DNA of 64,000 nucleotides. Origin: Chloroflexota bacterium. GTDB lineage: Bacteria; Chloroflexota; Dehalococcoidia; Lucifugimonadales; JADFKI01. The notes below the pieces were generated by a model. The model was not told where the DNA came from. It saw only the letters and a list, made by a program, of their open reading frames with translations, and did no database searches. The first letter of the stretch is position 1; each line of letters starts with the position of its first letter. Where the stretch lies: contig JAQBUT010000005.1 of assembly GCA_027623195.1 (NCBI GenBank), forward strand, positions 64,001 to 128,000, read 5' to 3'. The position numbers were made by a program, and so were the translations under genes. Below, one piece after another: positions 46,526 to 57,201 of this stretch.

Positions 46526-48265
46526 ATGTCTTCCGAAAACTCAAGCGACAGGGTGATGGTTGATACAGGTGGTGAGGCCTTCGTGGAGATGATGAACTCC
46601 AACGGAGTAGATTGCCTGTTTCTAAACTCAGGCACGGACACTTTCCCAATACAGGAGGGAATCGCCAAACTTCGCGATCAGGGAAGGCCAACCCCCAAGG
46701 TAATCCTTTGCCCGGACGAAGGCACGGCCATCGCGGCGGCCCACGGTTACTACAACGTGACGCGCAAGCCGCAGGTGGTGCTGGTCCACGTGGACGCGGG
46801 TACCATGCAGTTGGGCGGCGGCATGCATAACGCACAGCGAGGCCGCGCCGGCATCGTGCTCTGCGCTGGCCGTGCCCCCATGACATTCGAAGGCGAAATG
46901 GCTGGCGGCAAGGACATGAACATCCACTGGATACAGGAGCAGCTTGACCAGGCTGGCGCATTAAGGAACTTCACCAAGTGGGACTACGAGATACGCCGCA
47001 CCGAGAATATGCAACACGTAATGCAGCGAGCATTTCAGGTGGCGGGGTCCGAACCAACCGGCACTGTATACATGATGCTGCCACGAGAGGTCTTGATGGA
47101 GCGCATGCAGGGAATGCCCTCCATCCCGGCACGTCGGCACGGCGCCCCAACGACACCTCAGGCCGACCCTCAGGCGCTACAAAACACAGCCGAAGCGTTA
47201 GTTAACGCACAGCACCCGCTGATCATCACCGGATACTCGGGACGGCACCAGTCCACAGTGGCAGCCATGGTCGAATTGGCAGACCGCATTGGCGCGCCTG
47301 TAGCCTCTGACCCCATACACATGTGCTTCCCATCGAGCCATCCTATGTATGCAGGCAGGTATGCGGAGCCGTACATATCGGATGCCGACGTCATTCTAGT
47401 CGTCGACCAGGACATCCCATACATACCCGCGCATGGAAAGCCAAGGCCGGACGCTCGAATAATTCAGATCGATATCGACCCCGTGAAGGAAAGCATACCT
47501 TTGTGGGTGTTCCCCACCGACGAGATGATTCACGCAGACTCGTCCAAGGCGGTGCCGGCCCTGGTAGAGGCCATCGACGCTCTCTTGACGCCGGCAGACC
47601 AGGCACGGGTGGACGAGCGATACCAGCTTATAAAAGAGCGTCATCTGCGCCAGCGGCAAGAGGCTCGTGACCTGGCGCTTTCCCATTCGCAGCGAAGTCC
47701 AATCACCCCGCAATGGCTCAGCTACTGCATCGGACAGGCGATAGACGAGGACACTATATTAATTGACGAATGCGTCACCAATGGCGGCCACGTTGATACT
47801 TATATACCAAGGGACAAGCCAGGCACTCTGTACCGCAGTGGCGGCTCCAGCCTGGGTTGGGGACTTGGGGGCGCAATGGGCACAAAGCTGGCAATGCCCG
47901 ACAGCACTGTAGTGGCAGTAGTGGGAGACGGCTCATTCATCTACGGGCACCCCACCTCTACGTTGTGGGCCTCCGACGTACACGACGCCCCATTCCTCAC
48001 GGTGATTTACAACAACCAGTTGCATAACGCAGCAAAGCAATCGCTTATACGAGGATACCCCGACGGGGTCTCGGTTCGACAGGACAATTTCGTTGGCGTG
48101 AACCTTGGCCCGTCCGTGGACTACGCAATGCTGGCGCAGTCGTGCAGAGCATATGGGGAAAAGGTAGAAGACCCGTCAGAGGTTAGGCCCGCATTAGAGC
48201 GCGCATTGGAGCAGGTCCGTGGAGGCAAATCAGCGGTTCTGGATGTTAGGATAGAGCAGCCCTAG
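46526..48265 (+). CDS. Thiamine pyrophosphate-requiring enzyme
   Basis: FLNSGTD, PDEGTAIAAAHGY, TKWDYE, GDGSF...NN TPP motif. Confidence 0.93.
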   Translation: MSSENSSDRVMVDTGGEAFVEMMNSNGVDCLFLNSGTDTFPIQEGIAKLRDQGRPTPKVILCPDEGTAIAAAHGYYNVTRKPQVVLVHVDAGTMQLGGGMHNAQRGRAGIVLCAGRAPMTFEGEMAGGKDMNIHWIQEQLDQAGALRNFTKWDYEIRRTENMQHVMQRAFQVAGSEPTGTVYMMLPREVLMERMQGMPSIPARRHGAPTTPQADPQALQNTAEALVNAQHPLIITGYSGRHQSTVAAMVELADRIGAPVASDPIHMCFPSSHPMYAGRYAEPYISDADVILVVDQDIPYIPAHGKPRPDARIIQIDIDPVKESIPLWVFPTDEMIHADSSKAVPALVEAIDALLTPADQARVDERYQLIKERHLRQRQEARDLALSHSQRSPITPQWLSYCIGQAIDEDTILIDECVTNGGHVDTYIPRDKPGTLYRSGGSSLGWGLGGAMGTKLAMPDSTVVAVVGDGSFIYGHPTSTLWASDVHDAPFLTVIYNNQLHNAAKQSLIRGYPDGVSVRQDNFVGVNLGPSVDYAMLAQSCRAYGEKVEDPSEVRPALERALEQVRGGKSAVLDVRIEQP

Positions 48266-48372
48266 CGTTTCTGAGAAACGCGTGTCAGTTTTAGTGAGCA
48301 AGGTCTAGGACGGGCACCGGACCGAAGCCTTCATTTCGGCTCCCGACCTGCCCTGTTTGCCTTGAACGTATT

Positions 48373-49131
48373 ATGTTCATCTTGAGCCCATCACCCCAAT
48401 TGAGGATAGCATTAGGCCTGCCCTGCCTGATCGTTCTTTTGGCCGTGGCCTTCGCCTGCGCCACAACGCCAGAACCAGACAGGAACCGGCAAGGACCGAA
48501 CGACGTATTGCCGGTCACGTCCCCGGTATCAGGTGAGCCAGGGTTCGTGCCGCACATTCGGACCTTTCGCATAGTTCCAGAAGCGTCGGAGGCCCGGTAC
48601 GAGGTCGACGAAGAGCTCATATTCCTGGGCATATCTCTGAACCGGGCAATTGGTCGTACCTCGGAGCTAAGCGGCGAATTCAGCTTCTACCAAGACAGCA
48701 CGGATGAACAATTTCTCGTGGTCACGTCCGGTCATTTCCAGGTGGACCTCAGCAAGCTGAAAAGCGACGATACACGCAGAGACGAACGAATTCGAGACCA
48801 GTGGCTTGAATCGTTCCGCTTTCCACTGGCGGTCTTCGAAGCGAAAGAGGTAGGGGAGTTCCCAAATGACGTTCTGGGTGTGACTACAAACGCCGTTAAC
48901 TGGACATTTGAACTCAAAGGAGACATGACCGTGCGAGAAGTAACCAGGGAAGAGACCCTGGTGGTGCAGGTAAATATAATCGACGGAAACATGGATGGCA
49001 CCGTAACCACGCATCTGAAGATGAAGGATTACGGTTTCAGCCCTCCGAATATATCCGGACTAATGAAAGTCGAAGAGGGCGTTGATGTCGTTGTGGAGTT
49101 CCGCGCCGAAGAGCTATTAGCGTCTCGATAA
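48373..49131 (+). CDS. YceI-family lipoprotein
   Basis: Lipobox-like AFAC; SEARYEVDE, LKSDDTRRD, FPLAVF, GDMTVREVT, DYG. Confidence 0.85.
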   Translation: MFILSPSPQLRIALGLPCLIVLLAVAFACATTPEPDRNRQGPNDVLPVTSPVSGEPGFVPHIRTFRIVPEASEARYEVDEELIFLGISLNRAIGRTSELSGEFSFYQDSTDEQFLVVTSGHFQVDLSKLKSDDTRRDERIRDQWLESFRFPLAVFEAKEVGEFPNDVLGVTTNAVNWTFELKGDMTVREVTREETLVVQVNIIDGNMDGTVTTHLKMKDYGFSPPNISGLMKVEEGVDVVVEFRAEELLASR

Positions 49132-49157
49132 TAGCGTATGGTCCGAAGACAAACGGC

Positions 49158-49622
49158 TTATGATGCCTCGGAAAGGCTGATTCGAATATTCAACCTGCCT
49201 GCTTCACTGTTAAATCTAACCAGCACTGGTGAATCCCCAGGCGTGACCATATTTCTACCGGCTGGCTCGATGATAACGGGCGGAGCTATATCGCAGACGT
49301 ATCCCTCCGAAGCTAACTCCGTTGCGGCGTTACCCGTAATCATATTCGCTAGCTCCCCCAGTATGGACAGGCAGACATCGTCTACCTCCTCCACTGGCTC
49401 GCCCATCATTTTACCGGCAATTGACAGAGCAGAGGCGCTTCCAAAGCCATAGAGTACATTTCCCTGAAGTTTGCCGCTTATACCTATAACAGCGATAATG
49501 TCCTCTGGTGTGTTGACCTCTGGCACAGGTCCAGCGTCCAAAAGCTCCAGTTCCATACCTAGCTCTTTTTCCCACACGAGCTTCGCCGGATTCAGGAAAG
49601 CGTTAACGTATTCCTGTTTCAT
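49158..49622 (-). CDS. cheX: Chemotaxis phosphatase CheX family
   Basis: EYVNAF, IGISGKLQG, GELANMITGNA (ExxN), DIAPP. Confidence 0.9.
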   Translation of the reverse strand: MKQEYVNAFLNPAKLVWEKELGMELELLDAGPVPEVNTPEDIIAVIGISGKLQGNVLYGFGSASALSIAGKMMGEPVEEVDDVCLSILGELANMITGNAATELASEGYVCDIAPPVIIEPAGRNMVTPGDSPVLVRFNSEAGRLNIRISLSEAS

Positions 49623-50138
49623 GATCACCTTTTCCGTTGGCATATTCCTTGCAAGCTCGTGCTGTACCCTGAATTGGGACGCATTTACGCAAATCGCCAT
49701 AAATTGCGTCTTTGCGTAACAGACAGCACCATTACCCTATCCCAATAAGCCTTCCACCATACCCAGGAAACTCACAGTCGTTTGTACTCCGGTATGACTA
49801 CATGCAGGGCTTTGGACCTGTGTATACTCGCGGTGTTGCCATATTGCCTCTTCGCCTCGCTCCGGCCCTTGTAAGGTGTAAAATGAGGCCGCATCCGAGG
49901 GATTAATGCATAAAGTAACACCAAGTCATTGGCTGCCGTGCCGAAAGGGTATGTTTATTTTGGCTAATGTCCTTTCCCACACGAACCTTATACCTAATCC
50001 AAGACATCTAATAAATTGCCCAGCCTTTCCGGTGGGATGCGCCTGTGTTATAGTTTCTTAGAGTATCAGGTGACGTAAACGGCCCCTGTTCACAGCATGG
50101 GAAACCGGTTCGGCACATATCAGGAGAGCAACCAAAAT

Positions 50139-51635
50139 ATGGGATTGAGGAGCGCAATTGGGCCACTGCTTTCGACGCCTCAGCGTCGTGCAGTGCTAAT
50201 AGCTCTAACGTCTGCATACATGCTGGTGCAGCTCTCGAGCCTGCCCGTGGCACTGGCACTACCTAGCCTGGCAGACTATTTCGACACAGGCCTGGATGAG
50301 GCCGCATGGCTGGTCATCATCTACCTTCTGGCTCTGGGAAGCTTTGTCCTGTTGGGCGCGCGCCTGGGTGACCGATACGGCCATGCGAGGGTCTTCTTCG
50401 TCGGCCTGATATTTGCCACGGCGGCATCCGTCTTAATCGCCACGTCCACCAGCCTGCTTCAGGTCATTATCTGGCGTGGAGTCACTGGGTTGGGCTCCGC
50501 TCTGGTCATGGGCAATGCCAATGCCATACTGGCTGGAGTGTTCCCAGCGGAGGAACGCGGTCGAGCATTCTCCATACCTATCGTTGGCGCCAGGTTCGGC
50601 ACTCTTGCCGGTCTGGCCTTATTCGGTTTCTTTCTGACATTCCTCAGCTGGCGACTGGTCTTCTTCTCCTTCTTGCCCCTCGGTATCATCGCGTTAGTCC
50701 TGTCTTATCCGATGCTAAAGAGCTTGAAGCATGAGAAGCCCGTCAACCCAGGGCGAATAGATATCTTGGGGGCTGTTCTGCTGATAGGCACAGCAGCCGT
50801 CCTGATACTGTCCGGCAACCACCTGCACGGGGGCGAGGAGACCTTCGTTAGCAACGAAGGTCTTGGGTACCACCTGCCGATGCACGGTCTGTTCATAGTT
50901 ATGCTGGGCGTCTTCATTCTTGTGGAGCGAAAAATAAGCAGTCCCATCGTGGAGTTGCACCACTTCAAGAATAAGTACTTCTCCATGGCGCTGATCTCGA
51001 ACACGACGTACCACCTGTCCATGTTGGCGACGATGACAATGGTGCCCATCCTGGTGGAGCGAGGTTTCGGCATGGCGCCACTGTGGGTTGCCGTAGTGCT
51101 TCTCCCAAATCAGATTATGGGCATGATTATGCCTTTTGCTGCAGGTTGGATCTACGACAGGTATCAGCCCAAGTTACTTCGGCCCGGGGCTATGATTGCC
51201 ATAGCTGGTGGCTTCCTCATCTTGGGCACATTCGCCGGTAGCGTGCCGATCTGGGGTCTTCCCTTGCTTATGCTGCCAATATCAATAGGCACATCTATAT
51301 TCAACCCTATCAATAACGCCGCAGTGATGAGTTCACTTTCGGGGGATGCCAGAGGCTTCGCATCCGGCATGTTGGAGACGACACGGGAGATGGGTCACGC
51401 CCTGGGCGCGACGCTGTCTGCCACCGCGCTGGCCATGGCGCTGCCAGTTGGTATCGTCCTGTTGTCGGACCTTGAAGCCCAGCCCTTCTACGTGCAAGGA
51501 TTCCAGCTGGCTTCTATGCTGGTTGTGTTGACTCTTCTCGCAGGCGGAGTCATCGCCTACTTCCACAAAACAAGCGCCCAGATCATGAGCGCTTCACCGG
51601 CTGCGGCCAGCGCATCAGCGGGCGGCGACGACTAG
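50139..51635 (+). CDS. MFS transporter (DHA2-like)
   Basis: GARLGDRYG, RGVTGLG, ERGRA, WRLVFF; many TM helices. Confidence 0.92.
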   Translation: MGLRSAIGPLLSTPQRRAVLIALTSAYMLVQLSSLPVALALPSLADYFDTGLDEAAWLVIIYLLALGSFVLLGARLGDRYGHARVFFVGLIFATAASVLIATSTSLLQVIIWRGVTGLGSALVMGNANAILAGVFPAEERGRAFSIPIVGARFGTLAGLALFGFFLTFLSWRLVFFSFLPLGIIALVLSYPMLKSLKHEKPVNPGRIDILGAVLLIGTAAVLILSGNHLHGGEETFVSNEGLGYHLPMHGLFIVMLGVFILVERKISSPIVELHHFKNKYFSMALISNTTYHLSMLATMTMVPILVERGFGMAPLWVAVVLLPNQIMGMIMPFAAGWIYDRYQPKLLRPGAMIAIAGGFLILGTFAGSVPIWGLPLLMLPISIGTSIFNPINNAAVMSSLSGDARGFASGMLETTREMGHALGATLSATALAMALPVGIVLLSDLEAQPFYVQGFQLASMLVVLTLLAGGVIAYFHKTSAQIMSASPAAASASAGGDD

Positions 51636-51746
51636 TACAGCCTTCAGCGAAATCGCGAAATGCTGTCCACGCCTATCTCCAAAAGTCCCTTTCACTCATA
51701 TTTACCAATTGACAACCCCTGACGCCCAAATATAAAGTGCGTAGCG

Positions 51747-52873
51747 TTGTTTAGGCCAACCTTTTGGCCAGTTCAGAACATACCTCACAGCCACGGACCA
51801 ACAAACTTGAAATATAGATGGCGGTCTTATGCAGCAGCATTTGTCGGCATTTCCCTGGTTTTTGCACTGGGGACTCGTGGCGTAGTACAAAGTCTGACCG
51901 GGCCGGGTGACGTTGGGCTAACTACGGACTCCAGCCACTACAGTGTCGGGGACACCATTATCTTTAGCGGTAACCTGGATTTTGCCATCGGCGAGGTGGC
52001 CACCACCACTTTGGTACTGCTGGACCTTTCTGGACCACAAACCATGACCACAGGTATACCAATGCTGGCGGGTAGCCACGACCTTTCGAATCGTGCGAGC
52101 GTTCCCGGTCAGTTGCAGGTTGACGTGACATTCGTTGACATTTGGGATTTCGGAGGGGGAACCAAGGCATTCAAAGGCTTGGCCGCAGGAGCAAGAATTT
52201 TCATTCATGCGGCATGGACTCCAGACCAGGTCTCCGCATCATCAGGGGCGTACAGAGCCAGCCTTTCCGCCGATATGGAAGGAGAGCGACCATACCGCTT
52301 ACCAGTCCTGAAGCGCAGTTCACGATCGCTGCAGACCCAACACCCCCTTCAGGTCAAAGCGGAGCCATTAAGGCTGCTACCAGAACCCCCACGCGCACTC
52401 CAAGGCCAACACGAACACCAACGGCTATAGCCAGCAAGACACCATCGCCAAGCCCGACTTCGACCTCAACTGCGGAGCCCACTGCCACGCCAACGCTGAC
52501 AAATTCGCCAACCAGTTCGCCATCCCCCTTACCAACGTCTACGCCACCGCCCCCGATTACGCCGATTGCAGTCAAATTTAACGCCAGCGACCTGTTGCAG
52601 TCGCCAACCTCCACGGCGACGCCTACGGCATTGGCATCACCAACGTCGTTGCCAACATCGACGCCTATCGCTTCTGCTATTGCGGCCCTTTTCACCGCAA
52701 ACGACACAGCCACTCCCGTGCCGACCCCAGTCATTTCAGTAGTCCCACAGAGCCTTGGGAATGACATCGCAGAGACAGGTTTAGGGGCACGGGCCATAGC
52801 CCTACTTGTATTGGGAGTCGCTGTCAGCGCGGGGCTGGTTTCCGTCGTAGGTATACCCCTGCTCAGAAGGTAG
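51747..52873 (+). pseudogene. Surface protein with Pro/Thr-rich stalk and C-terminal membrane anchor, frameshifted at ~52283
   Basis: Signal-like segment and beta domain in 51747-52430; PT-rich region, IAETG, TM and RR in 52142-52873. Confidence 0.65.
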
Positions 52874-53071
52874 GGTAGACCCGGAATATTTTCCGAGTAA
52901 GGGACAGGCTTGAACCTAACCCCAACCAGCCGTCGTTTCTGAACTCGGTTGCCACCAAGATACCTTTTGGTATACTCTTGGCCCAACCAAAGCTGTGGCA
53001 AGAACTTGCGTCTATAACGCCACTTAGTGATTTCACGTTAAACAGTCTAATGACCTGCAAGGAGCGATATT

Positions 53072-53935
53072 ATGGCAACCGTTGGTTCCGGAGATTACAG
53101 GTACGAACTGGTACCATCATGGCCGAATCTTCCCAAGTACTGGGAGATGGGCCTGGCATCCGACGGAGCGGTCAATTCCAAGGACGAGGTGCACATTTTC
53201 AGTCGAGGGCTGCACCCCGTAACCATTTGGGACACCGACGGCAACTTCATCTCTTCATGGGGCGAGGGAACGTTCTCTGCCAATCCTCACGGCATCTTTA
53301 TACCCGCCAACGACAACGTATGGCTGGTGGACCGAGACTTCCACATCGCCACAGAATACACACCTGGCGGTCAGGAACTGCGCACGCTTGGTGAAAAGCT
53401 GGCTCCGTCCCCATCCTTCCAGGGCATGCCTTTCAACATGCCGTCCGGGTTGGCATACGCGCCTAACGGAGACATGTTCGTATCCGACGGGTACGGTGGC
53501 CACCGGGTGCATCGATTCGACTCCCAGGGCAACCTTCTTCTTTCATGGGGCAAGGAGGGCACCGGCCCAGGGGAGTTCGCACTGCTACACAACATCTGGG
53601 TGGACAGCCGCAGTCGAATATTCATATGCGACCGGGAGAACGACCGCATCCAGATATTCGACACCGAAGGCAACTTCCTGGAGGAGTGGACGGATGTGGT
53701 TCGACCAGGGGACGTCTACTTCCTGGGGGACCTCGTTCACGTTATAGAATCAGGCCCCGAGGGCGGGGTAAGCATATGGGACCTGGATCATAACCTCGTT
53801 ACTCGGTGGAGTTGCAACGAGCCGTCGCCAGGCACCCTCCTGGGCGGCCACGGCATTTGCGTAGACTCTCATGGCAGCATATACGTTACGGAAATTGGGC
53901 AGGGCAAACGCGTCACCAAGTTCCAGAAGATCTAA
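53072..53935 (+). CDS. NHL-repeat protein (peptidyl-alpha-hydroxyglycine lyase-like)
   Basis: PHGI, FNMPS, SDGYG, DRENDRIQ; paralogous to 11493-12494. Confidence 0.88.
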   Translation: MATVGSGDYRYELVPSWPNLPKYWEMGLASDGAVNSKDEVHIFSRGLHPVTIWDTDGNFISSWGEGTFSANPHGIFIPANDNVWLVDRDFHIATEYTPGGQELRTLGEKLAPSPSFQGMPFNMPSGLAYAPNGDMFVSDGYGGHRVHRFDSQGNLLLSWGKEGTGPGEFALLHNIWVDSRSRIFICDRENDRIQIFDTEGNFLEEWTDVVRPGDVYFLGDLVHVIESGPEGGVSIWDLDHNLVTRWSCNEPSPGTLLGGHGICVDSHGSIYVTEIGQGKRVTKFQKI

Positions 53936-54041
53936 TTTTCGATGCCCGGCGGACCACTCATGCCTGCGAAATGGGCCATTAAATGCCGTCCAAATGCTAT
54001 TGGGCGTTAGCGGCGCATTCGGTATAAACGGAGAGATTGTT

Positions 54042-55121
54042 TTGAGATTTGGAGCGTTCTGGCAGGTGCCGGGCTCAGAGGGCCAATCAATAGCCCGAAG
54101 GCACTGGCAAACTGTCGACGAGATCGTCCTGGCTGAGGAGTTGGGTTTCGAGACGGCATGGTTGGCGGAGTCTCCTTTTTACCCGGCTCGCCAGATGTCC
54201 AACCCTCTGATGGTGGCCGTCGCCGCTGGACAGCGCACGGAGCGAATAAGGTTCGGGACGCTGGCGGCACAGGCCCCCTTACACCACCCCTTCGACATGG
54301 CCACTCAGGCCGCCACATGCGACATATTGACCAATGGCAGGCTGGACCTTTGCCTTGGAGGACGTTGGGGCTCCCCAGCCAGCCAAAGCATTGGTCATTC
54401 GGCGGACATACCGATTGAGGAGAGCCGAGGACGTGTAGCTGAGGCCATCGAGCTCATTCGGCTGGCATGGACAGAGGAACGAGTGAACTTCGTTGGGGAT
54501 TACTGGACCGCCAAGGATTTACCAGTGCTCCCTCATCCCGTGCAACAACCGCACCCCCCACTGCTGCTAGCGACAAATAGCGACTCCACATTCCAATACG
54601 CGGCAAAGCTGGGCGTCGGCATGATCGCCACCAACATGATTCAGCCAACACCAATGCTGGCGAAGCGCATGGATGACTTTCAAGCAATGAAGGTTCCGAA
54701 CCAGGTGGGCCAGTACCAGCCTGCCCACGTGGCGATCTCTTTTTTCGTGGCCGAAACGAAGGAGAAGGCTCGTGCCATTGCGAGAGAGAATTGGCGTAAT
54801 GAAGACATCCTGCTGGAGGCCCCTGGACAGGCGGCATCGGTTGTCGGCGCGACTAGGCCAAATTTCTCCTCAGGCGCTGGCAGTTGGGCCACATGGGACT
54901 TCGAAGAGGCGGAGAAGCACTGCATTTACGACGACGCCGCAGGCTGCGTTGAAAGGCTCAACGAGTTGCAGCAGGCCCTGCCTCATATGGACCAGTGCAT
55001 CCTGGAGTTCAACCGGCGCGGCAGGATTCCCAGCGAGTTGGTCATGGAGTCGATGCGCCTGTTTTCGGAAAAGGTGAAACCTGAATTGGGGCAGCAAGCT
55101 AGGCAATCCTCCAAACAATAA
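54042..55121 (+). CDS. LLM-class flavin-dependent oxidoreductase
   Basis: AEELGFETAWLAE, RTERIRFGT, DILTNGRL, PVQQPHPP; start placed at TTG 54042. Confidence 0.9.
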   Translation: MRFGAFWQVPGSEGQSIARRHWQTVDEIVLAEELGFETAWLAESPFYPARQMSNPLMVAVAAGQRTERIRFGTLAAQAPLHHPFDMATQAATCDILTNGRLDLCLGGRWGSPASQSIGHSADIPIEESRGRVAEAIELIRLAWTEERVNFVGDYWTAKDLPVLPHPVQQPHPPLLLATNSDSTFQYAAKLGVGMIATNMIQPTPMLAKRMDDFQAMKVPNQVGQYQPAHVAISFFVAETKEKARAIARENWRNEDILLEAPGQAASVVGATRPNFSSGAGSWATWDFEEAEKHCIYDDAAGCVERLNELQQALPHMDQCILEFNRRGRIPSELVMESMRLFSEKVKPELGQQARQSSKQ

Positions 55122-55144
55122 ACCTGAACAGGAGCTAAAAAGAA

Positions 55145-56113
55145 ATGAAAGCTATTCAGATAACCGAGACTGGCGGGCCAGAGGTTATGAAGTACGTAGA
55201 CCTACCAGACCCCACACCTGGGCCCGGACAGGCCGTGGTGGAGCCCAAGGCCCTGGGCGTAAACTTCACAGACGTATATACCCGTGCCGGCATGAACCCA
55301 CCGGCATCTCTGCCTGCAGTGATTGGCCTTGAGGGAGCAGGCGTGGTGACCGCGCTGGGCGACGGGGCAACCGGCGTGGCAATTGGAGACCGAGTTGCGT
55401 GGTCCAGCATTCCCCAGTCTTACGCCGAGAAGGTAGCGGCACCGGCCGACAAGCTAGTGAAGTTGCCTGATAACGTGAGCTTCGAAGATGGCGCCGCTGT
55501 CATGCTGCAGGGTATGACCGCGCACTATCTTTGCCACAGCAGCTATCCCGTCAAGCCAGGCGACACCGCGCTAGTGCATGCGGCTGCCGGAGGCGTAGGA
55601 CTGATCTTGACGCAGATGATCAAGGCGCTGGGAGGCACGGTCATCGGCACCGTATCCACCGACGAGAAGGCTGAGTTGGCCAAGAACGCCGGCGCGGACT
55701 ACGTCATCAAGTACACAGAGCAGGACTTCGAGGAAGAGGTCGGCAAGATAACCGGTGGCGCAGGAATCGAGGTAGCCTTCGACTCCGTTGGCCTAACTAC
55801 CTTCGACAAGAGCGTGGCTTGCCTGAAGCACCGTGGTTATATGGTCCTCTTCGGCGCGTCCAGTGGCCAGGTCCCGCCAGTCCCCATTCCGGTCTTGAAC
55901 GCCAAGTCGCTTTTCTTGACCAGGCCTGGTCTTGGGAGCTATCTCCTAAACCGTGAGGAGTTGGAGCAACGAGCAGGCGACGTTCTAGACTGGGTGGCCT
56001 CGGGCAAACTCAAGCTGCATATGCACGGAAGCTTCCCCCTGAGTGAAGTCGCGGAGGCACATCGCCAGTTGGCCGGACGGCTCACGACGGGAAAGCTGCT
56101 CCTCATCCCCTAA
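55145..56113 (+). CDS. qor: NADPH:quinone oxidoreductase (MDR family)
   Basis: GVNFTD, LQGMTAHYL, HAAAGGVG, FGASSG, TTGKLLL. Confidence 0.92.
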   Translation: MKAIQITETGGPEVMKYVDLPDPTPGPGQAVVEPKALGVNFTDVYTRAGMNPPASLPAVIGLEGAGVVTALGDGATGVAIGDRVAWSSIPQSYAEKVAAPADKLVKLPDNVSFEDGAAVMLQGMTAHYLCHSSYPVKPGDTALVHAAAGGVGLILTQMIKALGGTVIGTVSTDEKAELAKNAGADYVIKYTEQDFEEEVGKITGGAGIEVAFDSVGLTTFDKSVACLKHRGYMVLFGASSGQVPPVPIPVLNAKSLFLTRPGLGSYLLNREELEQRAGDVLDWVASGKLKLHMHGSFPLSEVAEAHRQLAGRLTTGKLLLIP

Positions 56114-56133
56114 TAGCGCGGCAGCCACGGAAA

Positions 56134-57156
56134 ATGGAGCGGCAACACTTGTCTGAATCAAAACCCAGAATCAGGATCGTAGCCACCGGTGGCAGCATCG
56201 CGGGGCTCGGTCCTGACCGCCTGGATTACATACTGTACCCTGAGGTCGGGGGACACCTGACCATAGAAGAATCCCTTGCTCGCATACCCGAAGCGGGCGA
56301 CATTGCGGACATTTCCAGCGAGGACATTGTCAGCGTTGGAAGCACGGCGATAGGACCTGGCGACTGGCTCAGCCTCGCCAATCGGATCAACAAACTGTTC
56401 GCTGAGGATTCGGAGCTTGCGGGTATCGTCGTCACCCACGGCACGGCAACGCTGGAGGAGACGGCCTACTTCCTGCACCTCACGGTGAAGTCCACCAGGC
56501 CAGTGGTAATCACCGGCGCGATGCGTCCGCCCACGGCCCTGGGCACCGATGCGGACCTTAACCTGATGGACGCGATACGACTGGCGTCCAGTCCGAACGC
56601 GGCGGGCCTGGGCGTTCTGACCGTGCTCAACAACGAGGTCCACTGCGCCAGGGATGTCACCAAGTCCAACACCTACAGAGTGGATACCTTCCGGCCCAAC
56701 GAGTTGGGTTTCTTGGGATACGTGGACTCTGACGGCCAGGTGATGATTTACCGCAAGCCAACGCGAGCACACACCGTGGAGACTCCCTTCGACGTCAGCG
56801 GTCGAGAGACGTTGCCAAGGATCGATATCATATATGCCTACGCGGGCGCCGACGGCATGCTCGTAGATGCTGCAAGGAACGGAGGCAGCGAGGGGCTGAT
56901 TCTGGCTGGATTTGGCGGAGGCACCTTCCCGCCCGCATTCTTGGAGGCCGGCGTTCGAACCGCAAATCAGGGCCTCCCCGTGGTCCTGGCTTCCCGATCA
57001 ACGGCGGGTCGAGTTATCTTGACGCCCAGAAAGGCCGAGCGTGGCTTTATCGTCAGTGACAACCTGCCGCCACAGAAAGCCCGCATTCTGCTTATGCTTG
57101 GCCTCACTGTCACCGAAAGTAAGGGCGAAATCCAGGACTTTTTCTACCAACACTAA
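56134..57156 (+). CDS. Asparaginase family protein
   Basis: ATGGSIA, VTHGTATLEETA, TGAMRP, RDVTK, PQKARILL. Confidence 0.9.
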   Translation: MERQHLSESKPRIRIVATGGSIAGLGPDRLDYILYPEVGGHLTIEESLARIPEAGDIADISSEDIVSVGSTAIGPGDWLSLANRINKLFAEDSELAGIVVTHGTATLEETAYFLHLTVKSTRPVVITGAMRPPTALGTDADLNLMDAIRLASSPNAAGLGVLTVLNNEVHCARDVTKSNTYRVDTFRPNELGFLGYVDSDGQVMIYRKPTRAHTVETPFDVSGRETLPRIDIIYAYAGADGMLVDAARNGGSEGLILAGFGGGTFPPAFLEAGVRTANQGLPVVLASRSTAGRVILTPRKAERGFIVSDNLPPQKARILLMLGLTVTESKGEIQDFFYQH

Positions 57157-57201
57157 CCCCCGGCATTCCGCCTTCACATACAAGAAAACAGGAGTTTGGA
57201 A

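Noticed and set aside
49638..49653. Sigma-54-like GGGCATATTCCTTGC near cheX
   Set aside because: Wrong strand for cheX and about 490 bp from the MFS start; probably chance.
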